DNA from: Clostridiales bacterium
Lineage (GTDB): Bacteria > Bacillota > Sulfobacillia > RBS10-35
Direction: 5' to 3'
Assembly (NCBI GenBank): GCA_018729555.1
Contig: JAHHQG010000030.1
Coordinates: forward strand, 27,697 to 91,696
DNA: 64,000 nt
Below the pieces are notes generated by a model. The model was not told the origin of the DNA and ran no database searches. It was given only the letters and a program-made list of their open reading frames with translations. Every line of letters begins with the position of its first letter. Position 1 is the stretch's first letter. This document shows positions 18,314 through 27,440 of the stretch, piece after piece. Both the position numbers and the translations under genes were made by a program.

Positions 18314-19468
18314 TCAGCGCACCACGTTAAATCCTTCCTGGATCTCGAAGTCCACCCAGGAAGGGAACCGGGTGGCTCCGTACTTCTCCTTGGGGAGGAA
18401 GGATTCCTCCCCTACCACCAGCTTGGCGGCCTCTTCCCCCACGGCCGGGGCCCTCATGATGCCAAAGCCGTTGAACCCCACGGCCACGAAGAGCCCCTGG
18501 GGCCCGTAGGCTCCCAGGAGGGGATGGCGGTCGGGGGTGGCGTCGCAGAGGCCTGCCCAGCCCCCCTGCAGCCGAGCTTCTTCGCCGAAGATGAACCGCC
18601 GGGCCAAGCGCTCGCCGGCGGAGAGGAGGAAATCCTCGTCGTTGTAATCTTTCCATTGGTCGGGATCCGACTCCACGTGTTCCGTCCCGTCGCCGAAGAT
18701 GATCTTGTGGCCGTCGGGAACCCAGTAGAACCCCAGATCGAGGTCGTGGAGGATGGGGAGGCGCACCTCCTCATCGGCCGTCCAGACGGAGATCTGGGTC
18801 CGATAGGGCTTGATGGGGATAGTCAAGCCCAGGGGCTCCAGGACCTTCCGGGTCCACACCCCCGTCGCCAGGAGCACCCGGGGAGCCCGGAGGACGGCGT
18901 CGCCCGCCTTCACCCCGGCCACGTCCCCGCCTTCGAGAAGGATCTCTTTCAAGGGATGATGGAAATAAAAGTCCACATGCCCCTGGAGCTCCTCCAGGAC
19001 CACCTGCACGTAATCGTAGCCGTAGACCTGGCCGTCGCCGGGGGTGTACCAGAGGGCCCGGGCATCCTCCATCTTCAGATGGGGCCAGCGCTCCTTCGCC
19101 TGGGCTGGGGTCCAGTCTTCCACCGCCAGGCCCAGCTCTTTCAAGGACCTCACCCGTGGCTCCATGGCCTCCACCGTCTCCTGCCGCTGGGCCACCGTCA
19201 GCATGCCGTCGCCGTGGTACCGGAAGCGGCCGGGATAGCGGGTCGCCAGTTCCCGGTACACCTCGGCGGAGCGCTTCACCAGGAGGGCATCGTCCTCATC
19301 CCAGGTGAGGACCGACACGATGCCCGCCGCCCTGGAGGTGGAACCGGCCGCTGGGCCTTCCCGCTCCACCACCGCCACCCGAAGCCCCCGCTGCCGCAGG
19401 CTGCGGGCGGCGCTCATCCCCACGGCCCCCGCTCCCACCACGATGACGTCATAGGTTTTCTGCGTCAG
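18314..19468 (-). CDS. FAD-dependent oxidoreductase (DAO/sarcosine oxidase beta family), probable CTG start
   Basis: YDVIVVGAGAVG, GSTSRAAG, WAGLCDATPD and GFNGFG; the first Rossmann strand lies upstream of the first GTG (19441). Confidence 0.88.
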   Translation of the reverse strand: MTQKTYDVIVVGAGAVGMSAARSLRQRGLRVAVVEREGPAAGSTSRAAGIVSVLTWDEDDALLVKRSAEVYRELATRYPGRFRYHGDGMLTVAQRQETVEAMEPRVRSLKELGLAVEDWTPAQAKERWPHLKMEDARALWYTPGDGQVYGYDYVQVVLEELQGHVDFYFHHPLKEILLEGGDVAGVKAGDAVLRAPRVLLATGVWTRKVLEPLGLTIPIKPYRTQISVWTADEEVRLPILHDLDLGFYWVPDGHKIIFGDGTEHVESDPDQWKDYNDEDFLLSAGERLARRFIFGEEARLQGGWAGLCDATPDRHPLLGAYGPQGLFVAVGFNGFGIMRAPAVGEEAAKLVVGEESFLPKEKYGATRFPSWVDFEIQEGFNVVR

Positions 19469-20306
19469 AATACCATCTCCCTTCGCCGTCCTGGCGAGCC
19501 CGCCCCTGGGCCTCCAGCTTTAGAAGATGGGCCAAAAGGGTCTTGGAAGCCAAGAAGGCCACGGGCTCGCCCAAGTTATCACCGTACACTTGCGTCAAAA
19601 GATCCTCAAGACGGGCACCTTCGGCATGACGGCGAAGGGCGGCCACCACCTGGGCCTCCCGCTCGCCTTTGTGGGCTAGGGCCCGCTTCGCCCCTTCCTC
19701 CACCGACGGCAAGAGATCCCCGTGGGCCGGAGCCCCCAGGACGTCCCCCAGGGCCGCCACCCGATGAAGGCTCTCTTCGTAGGCGAGAAGATCCCCCTCG
19801 GGCGGCGCGATGACCACCGTCCCCGAGCCTTCCCCCACCAAAAGGTCCCCCAGGAGGACCACCTCTTCCCGGGGAAGGTAAAGGGACACATGGCCGGGGG
19901 CATGGCCGGGGGTGTAGAGGACCCGGGCTTCGACGTCCCCCTCCTTCAGCACCTCCCCGTCGGAAAGGTCGGGGCCGAACCGGATGCCCGGAAAGCTGGA
20001 AGCGAGGTACTCCCTTGTCCACGGGTGAGCCCTCACGAAAGGTCTTCCCAGAGGCTCGTAGACTTCCTTCAAACCCGACACGTGGTCGGGATGATGATGG
20101 CTCAAGATGACGGTCCTGACGGGCTTCCCCAGCTCCTCCACCGCGTGGAGGAGCTTTCCCCCTTCCCCCGGGCGAGCGCCCACGTCAAAAAGGACGAGGT
20201 CGTCGCCACCGAAGAGATAGGTGTAGGTGATCTCATGGGGAGGGAGGGTATAGGAGGGAAGCCCTATCCGAAGGATGGACCCCCTTACTGGCTCGAAGGC
20301 TGCCAC
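19449..20306 (-). CDS. Metallo-beta-lactamase-fold hydrolase (LACTB2-like)
   Basis: SHHHPDH, TPGHAPGH, GDLL and PAHG motifs; C-terminal winged-helix-like AHLLKL. Confidence 0.9.
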   Translation of the reverse strand: MAAFEPVRGSILRIGLPSYTLPPHEITYTYLFGGDDLVLFDVGARPGEGGKLLHAVEELGKPVRTVILSHHHPDHVSGLKEVYEPLGRPFVRAHPWTREYLASSFPGIRFGPDLSDGEVLKEGDVEARVLYTPGHAPGHVSLYLPREEVVLLGDLLVGEGSGTVVIAPPEGDLLAYEESLHRVAALGDVLGAPAHGDLLPSVEEGAKRALAHKGEREAQVVAALRRHAEGARLEDLLTQVYGDNLGEPVAFLASKTLLAHLLKLEAQGRARQDGEGRWYSDAENL

Positions 20307-21319
20307 ACCACATCCCCCTCGTTCTTCACCCACTGGATCCAGAGGTTCCCCCGGGCCAAGGGTAAAACCTCCTCGTCCGAGGAAAGGGCCGTGAGGCTAA
20401 ACCCGGTGGTGGTCCACTCCACCCGGCAGGGGATGGCTAGGCCGTCGCGGAGGAGCCAGGCTTTCGTTGGATGTTCGAAATCGATGTCGATGGAGCCGGG
20501 GGTCCAAGGATCTTCCTTGGGACTCACCCGCGCCACCACGATGAGGACGTTATTGGCCGTCAGGGGGACCCCCGCCGCCGACTGGTCGGCCTTGCCGTTT
20601 TGATAGCGATGCCACCGGCCCTCTTCGTACCGCCACTCCACCCGGTAGACCGACTTTCCCTGGGGGTACCGGAGCTCCACCCCGGCCACGGCCTCGCCAT
20701 CCCCCGCCCACTCTCCCGAAGGAAAGGTCAGGCGGGCCGGAGGGATCTTCCGGCCCTCCAGGACCTTTTCCACCCGTTCCGCCGTGGTGTAGGTGTTATG
20801 GGGCGCCTTCCGCTCATTGATGCGGTAAAAGGCACTGGTTCCTCGCCGGACATCATCGATGTCATACGCGGGGTACCGGTTCCAGTCCTCCAGGGCATCC
20901 TTGTTGCCTCCCACATGGGCCATGGGGAGGCCCCACAGGTGCACCAGCCGGTTGAAGTAGATCCGGGCGGAGCGCACCGGGCCGATAGGCGTCCCGGGAT
21001 CCCGGGTGAAGATGGCCAGGTACCGGGTGATGCCCCCTTCCGTCAAAGCCTCCACCACCACCTTCGCCCCTTCCAGCCCCGACTGGGGGCGAGCCGCCGC
21101 GATGTTATCCACCACCACGGCAAAGGGGTAGGCCAAGAGGTCGCCTTCCTCATCCTGATCCTGGGCCCCGTCTCCCGGAGGAACCTCTTCTTCTTCTTGC
21201 GGAAAAGGAGCCGGATCTTCCATCGACGGGGGTTCTCCCGAAGCCGAAGGGCCAGGATGGGACCCGCAGGCCGTCACCAAAAGGAGGCTGGCCAGGAGAA
21301 GCCCCGCCAGGCGGCGCAC
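20285..21319 (-). CDS. DUF3048 (YerB-like) lipoprotein
   Basis: Lipobox LVTAC; VDNIAAARPQSGL, EGGITR, GPVRSAR and APHN. Confidence 0.88.
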   Translation of the reverse strand: MRRLAGLLLASLLLVTACGSHPGPSASGEPPSMEDPAPFPQEEEEVPPGDGAQDQDEEGDLLAYPFAVVVDNIAAARPQSGLEGAKVVVEALTEGGITRYLAIFTRDPGTPIGPVRSARIYFNRLVHLWGLPMAHVGGNKDALEDWNRYPAYDIDDVRRGTSAFYRINERKAPHNTYTTAERVEKVLEGRKIPPARLTFPSGEWAGDGEAVAGVELRYPQGKSVYRVEWRYEEGRWHRYQNGKADQSAAGVPLTANNVLIVVARVSPKEDPWTPGSIDIDFEHPTKAWLLRDGLAIPCRVEWTTTGFSLTALSSDEEVLPLARGNLWIQWVKNEGDVVWQPSSQ

Positions 21320-21325
21320 CCCACC

Positions 21326-22231
21326 CTACCTCCCCAGAAGACGCAGCCGATCGTCGATATCAGCGCTCCTGCGGAGGTTTTCCAACCAGGGACCGCTCAT
21401 CTGGACGATCTGCTCGTCGATGTAGTCCTGCTTCACCTGCTCCTTAACGTCTTCAAAGGACACTTCCCGCCCTTCCTGACGGTCTTCCACCTGGATGATG
21501 TGCCATCCGTAGTAGGACTCCACCGGCTGGCTGATCTCCCCGACCGGGAGGCTGAAGGCCGCCTCTTCGAACTCCGGCACCATCTGGCCCCTCACGATCC
21601 AGCCCAAGTCACCCCCCTGAGCAGCGCTCCCTCCATCCTTGGAATACGCTTCGGCGACTTGGGCGAAATCCTCGCCTTGGAGGAGCTTCTCCCGCACCTC
21701 CTGGGCCGTCTTTTCATCATCCACCAGGATGTGCCGCACCTTCACCTTTTCCGGCTGGTTGTACCGGTCCTTCCGCTCCTCAAAGTAAGCCTTCAGGTCC
21801 TCCTCGGTAACCTCCACCTGAGGTTCCAGGATGGCCTTCACCAGAAGGTTCGTCTCCAACTGGCGGCGCAAGGATGCTTCCGTATACCCATAGAGGGCCA
21901 GCGCCTGGTGAAACGCCTCCTCAGAAGGGAATTGCGCCGCCATCTCCTCGATCTGACGATCCACTTCCTGGGGCGACACCGTCACGCCCTTCTTGCGGGC
22001 TTCCTGCCGCACCAGGAGATCGGTCACCATCCGGTCCAGAACGGCCGGCCCCGCTTGGGCCACCAGCTCCTCGTAAAAGGCGTCGCGGGTGATGGCTTCC
22101 CCGTTGACCCGGGCCACCACCCCGCCGCCCTCCTTGGTGCTGACAAAAAGAAAGAGGGCGACAGCCAACGCCACGCCGCCGATGCCTGCCACCACCCAGC
22201 TCCAAAGAGCGGGTCCTTTGCTGGTCTTCAA
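21326..22231 (-). CDS. prsA: PrsA-like parvulin peptidyl-prolyl isomerase (foldase)
   Basis: N-terminal TM; [30 protein letters not shown] and [11 protein letters not shown]. Confidence 0.88.
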   Translation of the reverse strand: MKTSKGPALWSWVVAGIGGVALAVALFLFVSTKEGGGVVARVNGEAITRDAFYEELVAQAGPAVLDRMVTDLLVRQEARKKGVTVSPQEVDRQIEEMAAQFPSEEAFHQALALYGYTEASLRRQLETNLLVKAILEPQVEVTEEDLKAYFEERKDRYNQPEKVKVRHILVDDEKTAQEVREKLLQGEDFAQVAEAYSKDGGSAAQGGDLGWIVRGQMVPEFEEAAFSLPVGEISQPVESYYGWHIIQVEDRQEGREVSFEDVKEQVKQDYIDEQIVQMSGPWLENLRRSADIDDRLRLLGR

Positions 22232-22310
22232 CCTGCAAAACTCCTTTCCGTTGACTCCCCTATGGAGACGCTTGCGGCCGTGTCTTCGTTCCTCCAGAGG
22301 AGGCGCCCCC

Positions 22311-22949
22311 TCACCCCCTTCCCTCCCCTTCCTCCAAGGGCTTTAGGTATCCTCGCCGTTCTGCCTCCCTGAGGAGCTCCTCCACATAGCGGGCTAGGGC
22401 CGGGGCTGCCCGCTCCAGGACCTTCGCCCGCTCCCCCACCTCCCGGCGGGTCACCCCTGCTTCCTTCCAGGGCCCGCCCCGGTTGCTGAAGTTCAGGAGG
22501 ATGGGCGCCAGGCGGTCCATGGCCCGGGCAAAGAGGGCTTCCGAGGTGTCCCCTTCTTCGAATTCCCGCCAGAGCTCCCACAGGCCCCCCTCCTGATCCT
22601 CGGGCAACAGGGGAAAGAGGCGGCGGGCCGCCTCTTCCTCCCGAAGGCGCCGCAGGCGTTGACCTTCCCCGTCGTAGATAAAGGTGTCCCCCGCCTCGAT
22701 CTCCACCAGGTCATGGATGAGGAGCATGGCCAGGACCTTCTGGAGGTCCAGGGGCTGTGGCCCGTACTCCGCCAGGAAGAAAGCCAGGAGGGCGGCATAC
22801 CAGGAGTGCTCGGCGCTGTTTTCCCGGCGTCCCAAGGTGGTGTAGTTGCGGCGCACCACCCCTTTCAGCTGATCGGCCTCCAAGAGGAAGCGAAGCTGCC
22901 GCGCCAGCCGGGGATTCTCAGGCACAAAAAGGGTAAGCTCCAACCCCAT
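22311..22949 (-). CDS. HD-domain phosphohydrolase (HDDC2/YfbR-like)
   Basis: [26 protein letters not shown] and MDRL. Confidence 0.88.
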   Translation of the reverse strand: MGLELTLFVPENPRLARQLRFLLEADQLKGVVRRNYTTLGRRENSAEHSWYAALLAFFLAEYGPQPLDLQKVLAMLLIHDLVEIEAGDTFIYDGEGQRLRRLREEEAARRLFPLLPEDQEGGLWELWREFEEGDTSEALFARAMDRLAPILLNFSNRGGPWKEAGVTRREVGERAKVLERAAPALARYVEELLREAERRGYLKPLEEGEGRG

Positions 22950-22981
22950 CCCTCCTGCCCTCCATCATGCCCTCTTTGGGG

Positions 22982-25606
22982 CTAAGGTTGGAGCTTCACC
23001 GTGCGCAGCCGGGTCACCAGGGTTTGGGGGTCGGCGTAGGGGTTGGGCCCGAGCTCCGCTCTCTCCCCTGCCACCGGCTCCGCAAAGAACCAAAGAAACT
23101 TGTAGCGGCCGTCTTTCCACAAGGGAAACTGGTCCTCGTAGTGGGGGCTGGCGGGATCCTGGGATTGGCCCCCCGGATAGATCCCCATGGCCCAGGCGCC
23201 CCCAGGGGAAAGCTCCGCCACCATCCGCCAGCTGGCGTAATCGCTGGCGGGCACCCGGGGCCCTCCGTCGGCGGGATAGGGCGGGATCCCCAGGGCCTTC
23301 GCCTCCAGGAGGGAAGGCACCGACCGGGTATGGTACCAGCCCCACTTCACCTCCTCGAGGGGTACCCCTGGGTGATCCTTCTGGATCTCCTCCACCGCTT
23401 CCGAAAGGGCCTGGAGGAGAAGGGACTTCACCGACCGCATCCCTCCCGTCTGAGGATCCTTCAGCCACTCCCAGAGGCGCCCGTCCACCCGGTCCCGGTT
23501 TTCCGGGTGGCCCTCGACATAGGTGAGGGCATCCACCGCCTGGAGGATAAAGGACCAGTAGGTCTGGAGCTCCAGGGCAGGCCGCCCCTGGAGCTGGGCC
23601 CAGGACCACCAGGGGCCGAAGATGTCCTCCACGTACCGGTCGATGAACTTCTGCCAGATGGCCGGCGCCGCCTGATCCGCCTCCATCTGAAAGTTCCAGC
23701 GGGAGAGAAGCTCCGCCGCCTTCCGCACATCCGCTGAGGCCCCCGGCGCGTCCCGCACCGCCTCCACCAGGATGGGAACCGTCCGCTGGGCAAAGGCGTT
23801 GTGGATGGAGAGCTGCAAGGCCGCCATGTCCTCCACCCCCAGGGGGCCCGGCCGGGAAAGCCCCTCGTAGATGGTCTGGGAACGGCTCCCAAAGACCCAG
23901 AACCCCGACACCCCCACGTAATAGGGGTAGTCGGGAGGCATGTTCCGCTGGTTGGCGCTCCATACAAATCCCCACGGGGGATTTTCCGTCTGGGGGATGT
24001 AGGCGTAGGGGATGAGCCCTTGCCAGTCGCTGGCCCCTTGGCCGTCCAGGACCCTCCACGGGGCGCCCTTGGCCGGGTCCACCACGGGATAATAGCCTGC
24101 CGAGATGACGCCGATATCGCCGTCCACCGTGGCATAGGCGAAGTTCAGGGTGGGAGATCCCCACCAGCGAAGGGCTTCTTTCACCTGGGCGGCGTTTTTG
24201 GCCTGCATGAGGAGATAGAGGGCCTTCATGTCGAGGGAGTAGAGGTGACCGGTATAGGCCAGGCTGATGACCTCCCCCTGAGGTACAGGAAAGACGTCGT
24301 CATATTGAGGGCCCAGATCGCTCACCACCGGGCCGTGGACCGACCAGCGGATGTCCAGCTGCACCTCCTCGCCGCCCTTCACGGCGATCCGGGGGCGGTA
24401 ATGGCGGAAGGTCTTCCACTCCCCCTGGTGAAAGTAACGCTCCCCGTCCTCCGCCACCCGTTCCCGGTAATAGAACACCTGCTGGTTGGTGGTGTTGGTG
24501 AGGGACCAGGCTACATAGGCATTTCGCCCGATGATGATCCCCGGCGTTCCTGGGATGCCCACCCCGTAGACCTGAAGGTCGGGAGCGGTGAGCTGGACCT
24601 CGTACCAGATGGCGGGGAGGGTGAGCTTGAGGTGGGGATCCCCCGCCAGAAGGGCATGGCCCGTCTTGCTCTTGGAAGGCGCCACCGCCCAGTTGTTGCT
24701 GTGGCCTTCCCGGGGCATCCCCGCTTCCCGGAAGGTGTCCAGCCATGCCAGGGCGAGATCCGCCACCCCTCCCGGCACCCTCCCGCCCGCCGGCCTTCCG
24801 GCACCCTCCCCGGAGCCCGGAAGGTCTAGCCGCCTCGCCACCAAGGTGGCCTCGTCGGGGACGGCCGTCTCGGGGAAGGGCCCTTGGTGATAAGGCTGCT
24901 TCTCCACGTAGGGGAGGTGGGCCGTCACGGGGATGGGGGGAAGGAGAACCGCCATGGCGTCTTCCCCAAAGGCCCGGGCAAAGGCTTCGTACTGCAAGGG
25001 CGCGATGCTGAAGGCGAGGGTCTGCTGCATGGCCCCCTGGATGAGAAAGCTATCCACCGGGGTCCAAGGCTCCGGCTCGTATTGGAGGAGGCGGAAGAAG
25101 GCCGGCATCCGGTGGGTCCGGTGGGCTTCGGCGATCCAAGCGTTAACTCCCTCGGCATAAGCCTCCACCAGGCGGTAGATCTCGGGGTCCTCTTGCGCCA
25201 TCCGGGCCGCCGTAGCTTCCGCCACGGGCCGCAGGCCCAAAGCCAGCTCCACCGCATCGCTTTTCACCGCCTGCGGTCCCAGGATCTCCGCCAGGCGTCC
25301 GCCGGCCTGGCGGCGCATGAGGTCCATCTGCACCAGTCGCTCCCGGGCCGTCACATAGCCCTGGGCGAAATAGAGGTCGCGGTCGTTTTTCGCAAAGATG
25401 TGGGGAACGCCGAAGGCATCGTACTGAACCGTCACGTCCTCCTGAAGGCCGGGCAAGCGAAGGGTACCCGCCGGCTCCCCCGCATAGGAAGCCGCCACCC
25501 CCCTCCCCGGGTTGAAGGTGGGACCCAGGGGAGGGAGGGGTCCCAAGGGAAGGCCCAACGCCGCCACCAGCACCGCCGCCACCAACCAGGACAAAAAAGT
25601 CTTCAT
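22982..25606 (-). CDS. Penicillin acylase family Ntn-hydrolase (S45), paralog 1
   Basis: DAFGVPHIFA, ERLVQMDLMRR, G-H-SNNWAV (Ser nucleophile), DPHL and PGGQS; N-terminal signal/TM. Confidence 0.92.
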   Translation of the reverse strand: MKTFLSWLVAAVLVAALGLPLGPLPPLGPTFNPGRGVAASYAGEPAGTLRLPGLQEDVTVQYDAFGVPHIFAKNDRDLYFAQGYVTARERLVQMDLMRRQAGGRLAEILGPQAVKSDAVELALGLRPVAEATAARMAQEDPEIYRLVEAYAEGVNAWIAEAHRTHRMPAFFRLLQYEPEPWTPVDSFLIQGAMQQTLAFSIAPLQYEAFARAFGEDAMAVLLPPIPVTAHLPYVEKQPYHQGPFPETAVPDEATLVARRLDLPGSGEGAGRPAGGRVPGGVADLALAWLDTFREAGMPREGHSNNWAVAPSKSKTGHALLAGDPHLKLTLPAIWYEVQLTAPDLQVYGVGIPGTPGIIIGRNAYVAWSLTNTTNQQVFYYRERVAEDGERYFHQGEWKTFRHYRPRIAVKGGEEVQLDIRWSVHGPVVSDLGPQYDDVFPVPQGEVISLAYTGHLYSLDMKALYLLMQAKNAAQVKEALRWWGSPTLNFAYATVDGDIGVISAGYYPVVDPAKGAPWRVLDGQGASDWQGLIPYAYIPQTENPPWGFVWSANQRNMPPDYPYYVGVSGFWVFGSRSQTIYEGLSRPGPLGVEDMAALQLSIHNAFAQRTVPILVEAVRDAPGASADVRKAAELLSRWNFQMEADQAAPAIWQKFIDRYVEDIFGPWWSWAQLQGRPALELQTYWSFILQAVDALTYVEGHPENRDRVDGRLWEWLKDPQTGGMRSVKSLLLQALSEAVEEIQKDHPGVPLEEVKWGWYHTRSVPSLLEAKALGIPPYPADGGPRVPASDYASWRMVAELSPGGAWAMGIYPGGQSQDPASPHYEDQFPLWKDGRYKFLWFFAEPVAGERAELGPNPYADPQTLVTRLRTVKLQP

Positions 25607-25648
25607 GGCCGATGATTTCGCCGGGATATCCTCCCGTTCCTGCAATCG

Positions 25649-25673
25649 AAAAAAGCCCGCCGTTCGGCGGGCC
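25649..25673 (-). terminator. Intrinsic terminator after the tRNA-Leu pair
   Basis: GCCCGCCG-AA-CGGCGGGC followed by TTTTTT on the minus strand. Confidence 0.8.
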
Positions 25674-25683
25674 TACAAAAATT

Positions 25684-25768
25684 TGGTGCGGAAGGTGGGA
25701 CTTGAACCCACACGGCTTGCGCCACACGCCCCTCAAACGTGCCTGTCTGCCAGTTCCAGCACTTCCGC
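25684..25768 (-). tRNA. tRNA-Leu (GAG)
   Basis: GCGGAAG/CTTCCGC acceptor stem, anticodon loop TTGAGGG, long variable arm, GGTTCAAGTCC T-arm and encoded CCA. Confidence 0.95.
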
Positions 25769-25775
25769 ACAAACT

Positions 25776-25863
25776 TGGTGCCGAAGGTGGGATTTGAACC
25801 CACACGAGCGCGAGGCTCACGGCGCCCTGAACACCGCGTGTCTGCCAGTTCCACCACTTCGGC
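25776..25863 (-). tRNA. tRNA-Leu (CAG)
   Basis: GCCGAAG/CTTCGGC acceptor stem, anticodon loop TTCAGGG, long variable arm and encoded CCA. Confidence 0.95.
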
Positions 25864-25871
25864 GCGAGAGC

Positions 25872-25901
25872 ATCTTAGCATGGATGGCGGTGAGAAATCA
25901 A
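25872..25901 (-). promoter_or_regulatory. Sigma-A-type promoter of the tRNA-Leu pair
   Basis: TTGATT, 18-bp spacer, TGc-TAAGAT extended -10, 8 nt before the tRNA. Confidence 0.7.
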
Positions 25902-26467
25902 CGGGGGTCTTCGGGAATCCGGTAGAGCCACCGGTAGATCACCATCGACCGCCGGACTTTCTGCAAAAATTGCCGGGTCTCGCCGTAGGGGATGCTGCCG
26001 ACGGTCTCCCACGTCCCGTCCCAGAGGCCCTCCGCCACCCATTCCTGGACCCGCTGGTGCCCGGCGTTGTAAGCCGCAAGAGCCATGGGGAGGGAACCGC
26101 CGTACCGCTCCAGAAGGTCGGCCAGGTAGAGGGAGCCGAGGAGAATATTCACCCGAGGTATGAAGAGCTCGCCTCCCCGAGGCGCCGGAAAGCCGTGGCG
26201 CAGGGCCACCTCTTCTGCGGTGGACGGCATCAGCTGCATGAGCCCCACGGCACCGCTCCGGCTCACCGCCTCCCGATGAAACCCCGATTCCGTTCGGATC
26301 ACCGCCAGGATCACCGCCGGTGAAAGGCCACTTTCCTCCGCCGCCGCGTCGATATCTTCCCGATAAGGAAAGGGGTACAGGACCCGGTACACTTCCACCC
26401 AAAGGAAAACCAGGGCCAAGACCGCCAGGGCCAGGGAGCGCCCCCTCACGACGAAAGCTCCTGCCAC
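25898..26467 (-). CDS. SLT-domain lytic transglycosylase
   Basis: AVIRTESGF, GAVGLMQLMPST, LAAYNAG and PYGET; N-terminal TM; overlaps coaE. Confidence 0.92.
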   Translation of the reverse strand: MAGAFVVRGRSLALAVLALVFLWVEVYRVLYPFPYREDIDAAAEESGLSPAVILAVIRTESGFHREAVSRSGAVGLMQLMPSTAEEVALRHGFPAPRGGELFIPRVNILLGSLYLADLLERYGGSLPMALAAYNAGHQRVQEWVAEGLWDGTWETVGSIPYGETRQFLQKVRRSMVIYRWLYRIPEDPR

Positions 26468-27039
26468 GCCCGGTGCAGCTCCGCTTCCAGCTCCTCCACC
26501 GTTCCCCGGTTGGCGATGACCCGGGTGGCGCGCGCCAGCCGCGCTTCCCTTGGAATCTGGGCCTGGATGCGGGAAAGGGCTTCCTCCCGGCTGAAGCCCC
26601 TCTCGCGCATCAGGCGCTCCACCTGCACCTCCACGGGCACATCCACCACCCAGACCTCATCCACCCACCGGTCCCAGCCGGCCTCCACCAAAAGGGGCAC
26701 CTCCAGTACGGCCCAGTCGTGGCCTTCCGCCTCCTGCTGGGCGATCCAGCGCCGGACTTCCGCTTCCACCAGGGGATGGACGATGGCTTCCAGCCGGCCG
26801 CGGGCCTCCGGGTCGGCGAACACCTTTTTCCCCAAGCGCCCTCGGTCGATGCGCCCCTTCCCGTCGAGGATATCAGGGCCGAAGGTTTCCACCACTCGGG
26901 GATAGGCCGCGCCCCCGGGCTCCAAAAGGCGGTGGACCACCTCATCGGTGTCCAGGACGGGAAGACCCAGGGCGGCCAGGATCTTCGCCGCCGTGGACTT
27001 CCCGCTGGCGATGCCCCCCGTCAGGCCGATGAGACGCAT
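26446..27039 (-). CDS. coaE: Dephospho-CoA kinase
   Basis: IGLTGGIASGKST, LEAIVHP, EVPLLVE and RIQAQ. Confidence 0.95.
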   Translation of the reverse strand: MRLIGLTGGIASGKSTAAKILAALGLPVLDTDEVVHRLLEPGGAAYPRVVETFGPDILDGKGRIDRGRLGKKVFADPEARGRLEAIVHPLVEAEVRRWIAQQEAEGHDWAVLEVPLLVEAGWDRWVDEVWVVDVPVEVQVERLMRERGFSREEALSRIQAQIPREARLARATRVIANRGTVEELEAELHRAWQELSS

Positions 27040-27050
27040 GGGCCTTGGGA

Positions 27051-27428
27051 TCAAGAGGAACGGGAGGCGGAAGCCTGGTTGGGGGAGAAAAGATGGGCCA
27101 TCCCCACCGCCGCCAGCCCCGCCGCCAGGGCGATCAAAAGGGCCGGCACTGCCGCGAAAAGGGCTCCCGCCCAGGCGGGCAGCCCCGCCAAGGCCGCCAC
27201 CGTCCAAAGTTCCCCCCAGCCGCGGTGAAAGGCGATCTGATAGGCGTACCAGACGGCCCAAGCCGTCAGGGTGCCCCAGAAAGGCGGCCAGAAAGGCGAG
27301 AGGCGGCCGGCGAGGAGCTGGACCAGAAGGGCCGCCGGCACCGCGGCCCACCACCACCCGAAGTAGAGGCCCACCGCCGCCAGAAGAGCTACCAGGAAAC
27401 TCCGCATGCTGGGCGACGCCATCGCCAT
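27051..27428 (-). CDS. Small hydrophobic membrane protein next to the acylase
   Basis: 125 aa, Trp-rich, 3-4 TM segments; SD GGAAGGA; 12 nt after the acylase stop. Confidence 0.7.
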   Translation of the reverse strand: MAMASPSMRSFLVALLAAVGLYFGWWWAAVPAALLVQLLAGRLSPFWPPFWGTLTAWAVWYAYQIAFHRGWGELWTVAALAGLPAWAGALFAAVPALLIALAAGLAAVGMAHLFSPNQASASRSS

Positions 27429-27440
27429 CCTTCCCTTCCC

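Noticed and set aside
25684-25863. tRNA-Leu genes as an integration site for the acylase or kdp block
   Set aside because: No duplicated tRNA 3' end and no integrase found by eye.
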